Position numbers and translations under genes: made by a program. This document shows, piece after piece, positions 57,478 through 64,000 of a stretch of 64,000 nt of DNA. The notes beneath the pieces were generated by a model, which searched no databases, was not told the DNA's origin, and worked only from the letters and a program-made list of their open reading frames with translations. The DNA lies in contig OX597817.1 in the NCBI GenBank assembly GCA_951406725.2, forward strand, positions 87,172,001-87,236,000, in the 5' to 3' direction. Origin of the DNA: Octopus vulgaris (taxonomy: Eukaryota). Numbering within the stretch: position 1 is the stretch's first letter; each line of letters opens with the position of its first letter.

Positions 57478-58020
57478 AAACGTGTGCCAATGTGTACCTT
57501 ATAAATGATAGCTTTGTTAATTGATTTGATAGTTATGCAGGTGATTAGATGGAGAAATTAAAGAAAACTGGCAGAAATATATGCATACCAACACACTAAA
57601 AAGAAGAAAAAGAAAAGGCTAGCTAGCTAGACAGAAATGATAGTTAGACACTTAGATAGCAATCAGATAGAACTGATAGTTCAATAGACAGACTGACAGA
57701 AATATAGAATTTATAGATAAGCATAAGCAGACAGTCAGATAGTTAGAAAGGAATGAAGGAAGGTCGGTAAGTAAGTATCAAAATAGATTGGTAGATTTAC
57801 AAAATAATAAACGACAGAGAAACCAAAGACTAGAGAAAATGACTTCTGATATAAGAAGATAACAGAACATGAACAAACTAACAGCTATCCATCTCAGTAG
57901 GATTAACAGATTTTGGCAAACAGAAAAGAAATGAAAACACGCTACACTAGAAAAAGATAAGGTAAATTAGAAGCATAGAACGCATCAAATATTTGTATGT
58001 GGTTTATCAATGATATACTA

Positions 58021-58126
58021 TTATTGTTATTGTTGTTGTTGTTATTGTTGTTGTTCTTCTTCTTCGTCTTCTTCTTCTTCTTCTTCTTCTTCTTCTTCTT
58101 CTTCTTCTTCTTCTTCTTCTTCTTCT
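58021..58126. repeat. (TTG)n/(TTC)n microsatellite
   Basis: Directly visible. Confidence 0.95.
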
Positions 58127-58689
58127 GTATTATCATCATTATAGCGGGGGATATTATTTCTACAATAACAGAATAGTTTTTAAATCACCCACAAACATTA
58201 CGAGTTTATATCTGCTTATTTCTTCATCCAATTTTGTCTTATTTTCCACCAACCTTGTTTTTTTTTTTTTTTTCATATTTTGTCGTTAGTTCTTGAGATC
58301 ACTTTCCTGTTTCATGTACTGCTTTAGAAAGATGCTTTAAAACTTGTGTGTGTGTATGTGTGCATAAATACATAGTCTTTATTTAAATATGAGTGTGGAG
58401 TGTACATGTTCATATATTTCAACGTCCTGCCATACTGCTGAATATTCAGTTTGGTTTCTTGATGGTGGATTTCTCAAGAAGTAGAAAGTTTGGCCAGCCT
58501 GTGAGAAACACCAGTCATTCAATCATGCAGTCTTACATAAGAACAGGGCGCATAAAATAATGTAGATTTACCTATATACCCTTAATAACATAGAATGATC
58601 AGTGTTGCCATACGTTTGGTCATCGATTTGATTGATATATCGACAAAATTAGCACACGCCAGTACGTATAGCATAGTAGTGATGAGATG

Positions 58690-58870
58690 AAGAGAGGAGA
58701 GAAGAGGGGAGTTGAGCCCATGTAGCGCAAAGGAGCGAGGAGAGAAGATTAATTCTTGTTCACGGCGAAGGCGGGAGTTCGAATGGCTCCTGCGCAAAGA
58801 CAATCGAAACACAGACAGGTGTTGTAATGAATGACCGTAGAACGGAAATGGTGCGAGACCGGGGTGTTGC
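58690..58870 (-). pseudogene. GIY-YIG C-terminal fragment of a Penelope-like element (same family as 46878-47137)
   Basis: VSHHFRSTVIH..SVFRLSLRRSHSNSRLRREQELIFSPRSFALHGLNS. Confidence 0.8.
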
Positions 58871-59027
58871 TGGCTTAAGTGTTCGCTTTTCTTTTTGTCT
58901 TCTGCAATTTTATTTTTGAATCTTCTATATATATGAAGAATTTTCCTCCGTCTGTTTTTCTTTCTATAAAACGGGAAGTTACATTATGGAACAGTCATTT
59001 TAACGAGTTTGAAAAAAAAATTATTCA

Positions 59028-59124
59028 TCACCCGACGAGATACGTCTGCCCCACCGGATACTCCTGAACCAGTTTTTGTGTGTCCCACAAGAGGAGTCGA
59101 TGCTAGATGTGTCGAAACAATTGT
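59028..59124 (+). ncRNA. Hammerhead motif with a long loop II, truncated by a fold-back at stem III
   Basis: TCAC-CCGACGA-GATAC..(~65 nt)..GTGTC-GAAA-CAATTG-T, after which the sequence inverts. Confidence 0.6.
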
Positions 59125-59799
59125 TTCGACACATAGCCGTAACTTAGTGATATAATTGCGTAAGGATGATGTCATTGTGTAAGGCAGATATCTTGGCGTA
59201 AGGCAAATGTCACTACATCGAGCAGATGTTATTGTGTAAGGCAGATGTAGATTTGTAGGGCAGTAGAGACATCTCAGCTGATTGCTCTCGTACCATCTCA
59301 TTTCAAGCCACCCCGCCTCAGTCGTACAGTACCCCTCTCATTATTCCTATTGTACTCTTTCCCCAAACCCGGCATTACCTAAATGTAAACAAACCTACTT
59401 TTTCGTTTGTGAGATTAAATATATAATTTGATGGAAATACAAAGAAGTTACGTTGGTGCAATTTGTAGCATGTCAGCCAGAGCTACATAAGATTAGTGGT
59501 TTCTATCCCACGGGGATTTATTTTCACCCCACTTCGTCCGATAACCTAATATATTACAAGCTCTTATTTATATCTATATATTCGCCTCAAGAGACACCGT
59601 TAAATGATTTGTTTACATATTTCTCCACACTTGTACATTTATATACAAAAAAAACTTAAATGTTCTGAAATACTTAAAGGAAAAAAGCACGTGAAAATCA
59701 ATATAACTCAAGATAGAATTAGAAGCAGTTGTATGGTTTACGCGGCGTTTTTTCCTTATTCGCACCTGAACATGCAAAAAAATTGTTTCTATTGTTTAC

Positions 59800-60235
59800 T
59801 TTTAATGTTGTAAATGTATCGCTTGTTTCGGTTTTTCCCCTTCTCTTCATGCATAACCCAAAAACGTCTGAGTGCATTTAGCACTTGTTTTATGGCTTGC
59901 AATACTATCTTTCCATTTGTAAATACATCCATTATCATCTACCTTCCAATTTGAAAAGTTTTAAATGTCGAAGTCTTTAATTGAAAATTCTAAATTCTTT
60001 CGCTTTCATCTCCGCTTTATCTGTTCCATCTTGTCCATTAGCCTCATCATAGGCACGTTGCTTCTCTAAAAGTTCTTAAATTCTTCATCACGTAAGTCTA
60101 CATCATGCAAATCAAACTTTGACTTTAACGACATTTATTCTAGGCATTCCTACGTGTAAACCAAGTCGTGTAATTTCTACTTCGGTCTCTGTAACTTTTC
60201 CCACGAATCTACCAAAATTATTTGTACAGTGAGGA
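59800..60235 (-). mobile_element. Old Tigger-like transposase C-terminal remnant
   Basis: PHCTNNFGRF..EITRLG..HDVDLRDEEF..ELLEKQRAYDE resembles the Tigger C-terminal acidic region. Confidence 0.45.
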
Positions 60236-60959
60236 GTTATGTATTGTCCAGATAGATGTTTTTATTACTCAAGGAAACAACTCGCTACCAGGATTAGGAA
60301 CTGAACCCATACTCTTACGATTATGAGCCAACATCCGAACCATGTATTATATATATGAATATATGCGTGTGTACATGTGCTTCATTATATGAGTATATGT
60401 ATAAGTGTGTGTGTATGTGCGTGTGAGTGTGTCAGTGCGTAAAAGAAGATGAAAAGAGTTCGTTGTTATAAATCGACCGTGCAATCTTGATCTTATAACA
60501 TTTGCCTTTTATTTGCCATTTTGTAAGATGGTAGCCAACAAAGAACTATATAAATCAAGTTAATGCTACAAGTTGTGCTCTACCGCATTCACCTTTAATC
60601 ATTTCTTATACTTTTCTTTTACTATTTTGCCTTATTCCTTCTTTTAGTTCGTTTCTCTGTCTATATCTCTATCAAATAACCATCTATATTACTTTATCAT
60701 ACTTTATCATTTTATTTCTCTCTGTATGCACACATATAGCAACCCTCTGCACATTCACACTGCAACTTTTTCGAGAGTAGCAATGAATTTGGTAGGTGGA
60801 CTCTGTGCGCAATTCCGGTGTATATACATACATATAGATATGTGTATATATACTGTGTGCATGTAAGTTGGGTGGTTGACGAAAATGAGGTGTAAATGCG
60901 TGTGTGGAAACTCATCGAGGATTTCCAGAAATGCTGAGGAAAGCAAATCAGATTTTGGC

Positions 60960-61450
60960 ACTTCTAAGAGAGGTCCTCTCTAAGTAAAAGATTAATTGTC
61001 GTTCAGATCCAATAAAAATAAAGACTTCAAACGTCAAAATGAAGGCAAGAGTGAACTGAAGACGTGGTGGGTTTGAATAAACCGTTGATAATTCGTCGGA
61101 GATGCAATAAAATGATTCCTCCTAAAGGGTTAGGGTAATCTCTAACTGGCTTCTCTTAAATGCAGTTCTTCCATACAGATGTGAAAGATAACATGGTCGG
61201 ACTGGAAGAAACGGAATTTTCCAAGACGGAGCGCTGAATAGGTTTGGTGATAGAGTGGAAGATTAGGAGGATGAAATCGTTTGTGGTGGTATGGCTAGGG
61301 GACAGAGAACGGAAATGTTGTGGATAGCTTGACGGATAGGAGTCTATCTCTGTAGAGATTAGGGAGAGTCTAAACATAACAAACAAGCTGGGTTTAAAAA
61401 ACAAAAGAAGGAATTGTAGAGGAGGATGATGTCATAGACGTGTGACGAGA
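60960..61450 (-). mobile_element. Highly decayed Penelope-like remnant
   Basis: ILLIFHSITKPIQRSVL (compare PLVLTFHP..IQRxIL), with downstream ERQLIFYL. Confidence 0.35.
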
Positions 61451-63401
61451 ATGTTATGCAAGTGATGGTCAAGATGTTTAGATATAAGTTAGATACGTCA
61501 CTTACATGTACAAATGTTGGGGTGACTGAGAGTGTTAGCCTCATAAACACAAAATATTAATATTTTTATGCTTTCTGGTTATAGGTATCATTTATTGGGC
61601 GGAATCACTATTGCTATGAGAGGTACTGAGATGGTTGAAGTCGTGACACTCATGACTTTATCAAGTATTGTAACCAAGATTGAAAGGAAGCTTCTTTGTA
61701 GTTGTTTAACATGATAGAAATAGTAACCTATTCTCCCGCAGATTACCCGTGAATCAGGAATTAAATGTTTGAGGACGTTCGTAATGATTTCTAACGGCCT
61801 TTGGTTATCAATTGGAGGCGGGGCTTGCCTACGTAGTATAACATTTCTACTATACAATAAACGCTGGTTATAGATCTTGAATGGAAGTTCGTGATGTGAG
61901 GACGACGAATTTTGTGGTTATACGACAGATGAGAGGGGAGGAGGAGGAGATGATTTAGCGTATACTGGATTTCTTACGCTTATTATTAATTGTGATCGTA
62001 AAATCCTATTCTTTATATATTTCTATGAAATCTTTTGCAAATATATCTATACAACGACCGTTTATATTACACGACGTTTTTAGACTGTTATCCCTTATTA
62101 ATCTCTTGGGGATTCCATTATGATGCGTTTGAAAACATAACCAGTAACTAAGACAACAAATGAAGACAGAGGCGAAGAAACAAATGCTATATCAGATTTT
62201 TTTCTGCTGATCTGATCACCTGCCAGTGATAATATTAGTCATTCATCTCAACCAAAAAGTAACTTATTACCGTCTTTTTTGAACTAGCTACATGTTATGT
62301 GGTTGAGTGTCTTGTTACTAAGAGCGAAACATGTATATCGGGACTTCGCGATCTAATACACTCATATTTAAGACATTTGTAGTACAAGAACTATTTAACA
62401 GCAACTTTATTAAAACAAACAACCTTTAGGTAATCAGATGTTCGTAGTGACCAAGCATTAAGTTGTCTAGAAACATTGAAGGCACAGTGAAGTAGTCATA
62501 TACCGTGTTCCATTTGAGAATATACGAATATACCAACTACTATAACTGCCAAGAAAACGGCGAAGGTGGAAAAGTTCAAGAGAATTTCAGCAACAGCTAT
62601 CACTGCTGAGAAAGAACATGGCTGGTTGGCTGGCTGACAGAGGGTGAATGGATGAATGAATAAAACGACAACAACGACCGCAGTGATAATTATATCATTT
62701 GTAATAATAGATGAGACAGAATAATGTATTTAACAAACAAAAACACACAAACGACAACAGGAATAATGACACTGATGGAACGAATCCTTTTCCTGCTTGA
62801 CATTTGACGTTTCACAAAGAAATCTCTTGAATTTCCGCACAGAACAAAATTAACATTGCGCTTGGAGTTTTTTTGTTGCTGAAAAGGTCATCGCTTTATT
62901 TCAGTTATATTAATTTGTAAATCAGCCTGAGCGGAATGTTCTTCAAAAGTTTCTATAGAACGTGACACACTGAAAATCACATTTTCTTCTTAAAGTTCGA
63001 TGGATTGATTTTTGAATTACATTTTGATACAGGCCACCTGCTAAGAAACAAAAGTCTTTCTGTAGAATTAAAATGAACGGTAGAATATAATATTTCAATA
63101 AATTCTTCTACATCAAACAGTTTGCTCAGCTTTCTCATTTCTCATGCTTTTATTAACTTTTTAACATTTATTTTCGTTTATCCATCCATCCAGGCAGCCA
63201 TCCATTCATCCATACATGCATACATGCACGCACACAAACACAAACACACATACACACACACACACACACAAACACACACACTCGTATATATGTATGTATA
63301 TATACTTACATTAATGCTTACGTGCGTACGCACATACACATATTTGTGCGTATATATGTGTAAAAGTTTCTGTGTGTATGTATCTATATCTATATATATG
63401 A

Positions 63402-63432
<31 letters not shown>

Positions 63433-64000
63433 AGAAGGGGTGGGGAAATTTGTGTATGTGTGTGTAAATATATGTGTTTGCATATATGCATGCGTGGGAG
63501 AGAAACACACACAAACACACACACGGACTGAAAAAGACATAGATGCACACAAATATATTAATTTTCAGTTACTTTGTTTTCGGTATGATATTCATAAAAG
63601 TAATATTTTCACGTGTTACATGCATCGTTTAATGGGCGCAAAGCACTATTGCGAAGTACTGGGATAGTGAGGTTGTGACGCCCATGCGTTTATCAGACAA
63701 GATTGAAAGAAGCTTTTATGTAGTGTTTCATTTGCTAGAAATAACAACCAATTTTCCTTTAAATCACACCTGAATTAGGAATCAACTGTACGTGAACATT
63801 CATCATAAATTCTAACGCTCTTTTCTTGTTAATTGGAGCTGATATGTAGCAGAACAATTTTACGTAATAGCAGATGTTGTTGAGATAATCTTCATTAATT
63901 AAGCCTTACCAGTTTGAATTGATTTTCCCAGTAAATGTTAGTGTACTTCCATCTTGTTAGATGAAAGTATCATTGTCCTCTCCTCTGATTTCAATACAGC

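Overview
AT-rich, microsatellite-saturated eukaryotic non-coding DNA (intergenic or deep intron). The SINE repertoire points to an octopus or other coleoid cephalopod; this is inferred from recalled sequences, not from a search. I found no intact host gene or credible exon, and nearly all ORFs in the supplied track are translations of simple repeats. The window is a mosaic of decayed transposons: mariner, Tc1, DUF4817-type and pogo/Tigger elements, a hAT (Charlie/SPIN-like), Helitrons (one with a Pif1 fragment and a 165-bp tandem array), R4/Dong-like, RTE and CR1 LINE fragments, a CCHC ORF1-only element, a tiny Gypsy LTR derivative, three tRNA-SINE families, and Penelope-like element (PLE) remnants. 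The main signal is about a dozen minimal type I hammerhead-ribozyme (HHR) motifs from many different families, most with a palindromic stem III. Seven fold-back (inverted-repeat) structures each carry a whole or partial HHR, and most sit in (TA)n tracts. Two different HHRs carry the compensatory U3-A8 core pair, and three have very long loop II inserts.
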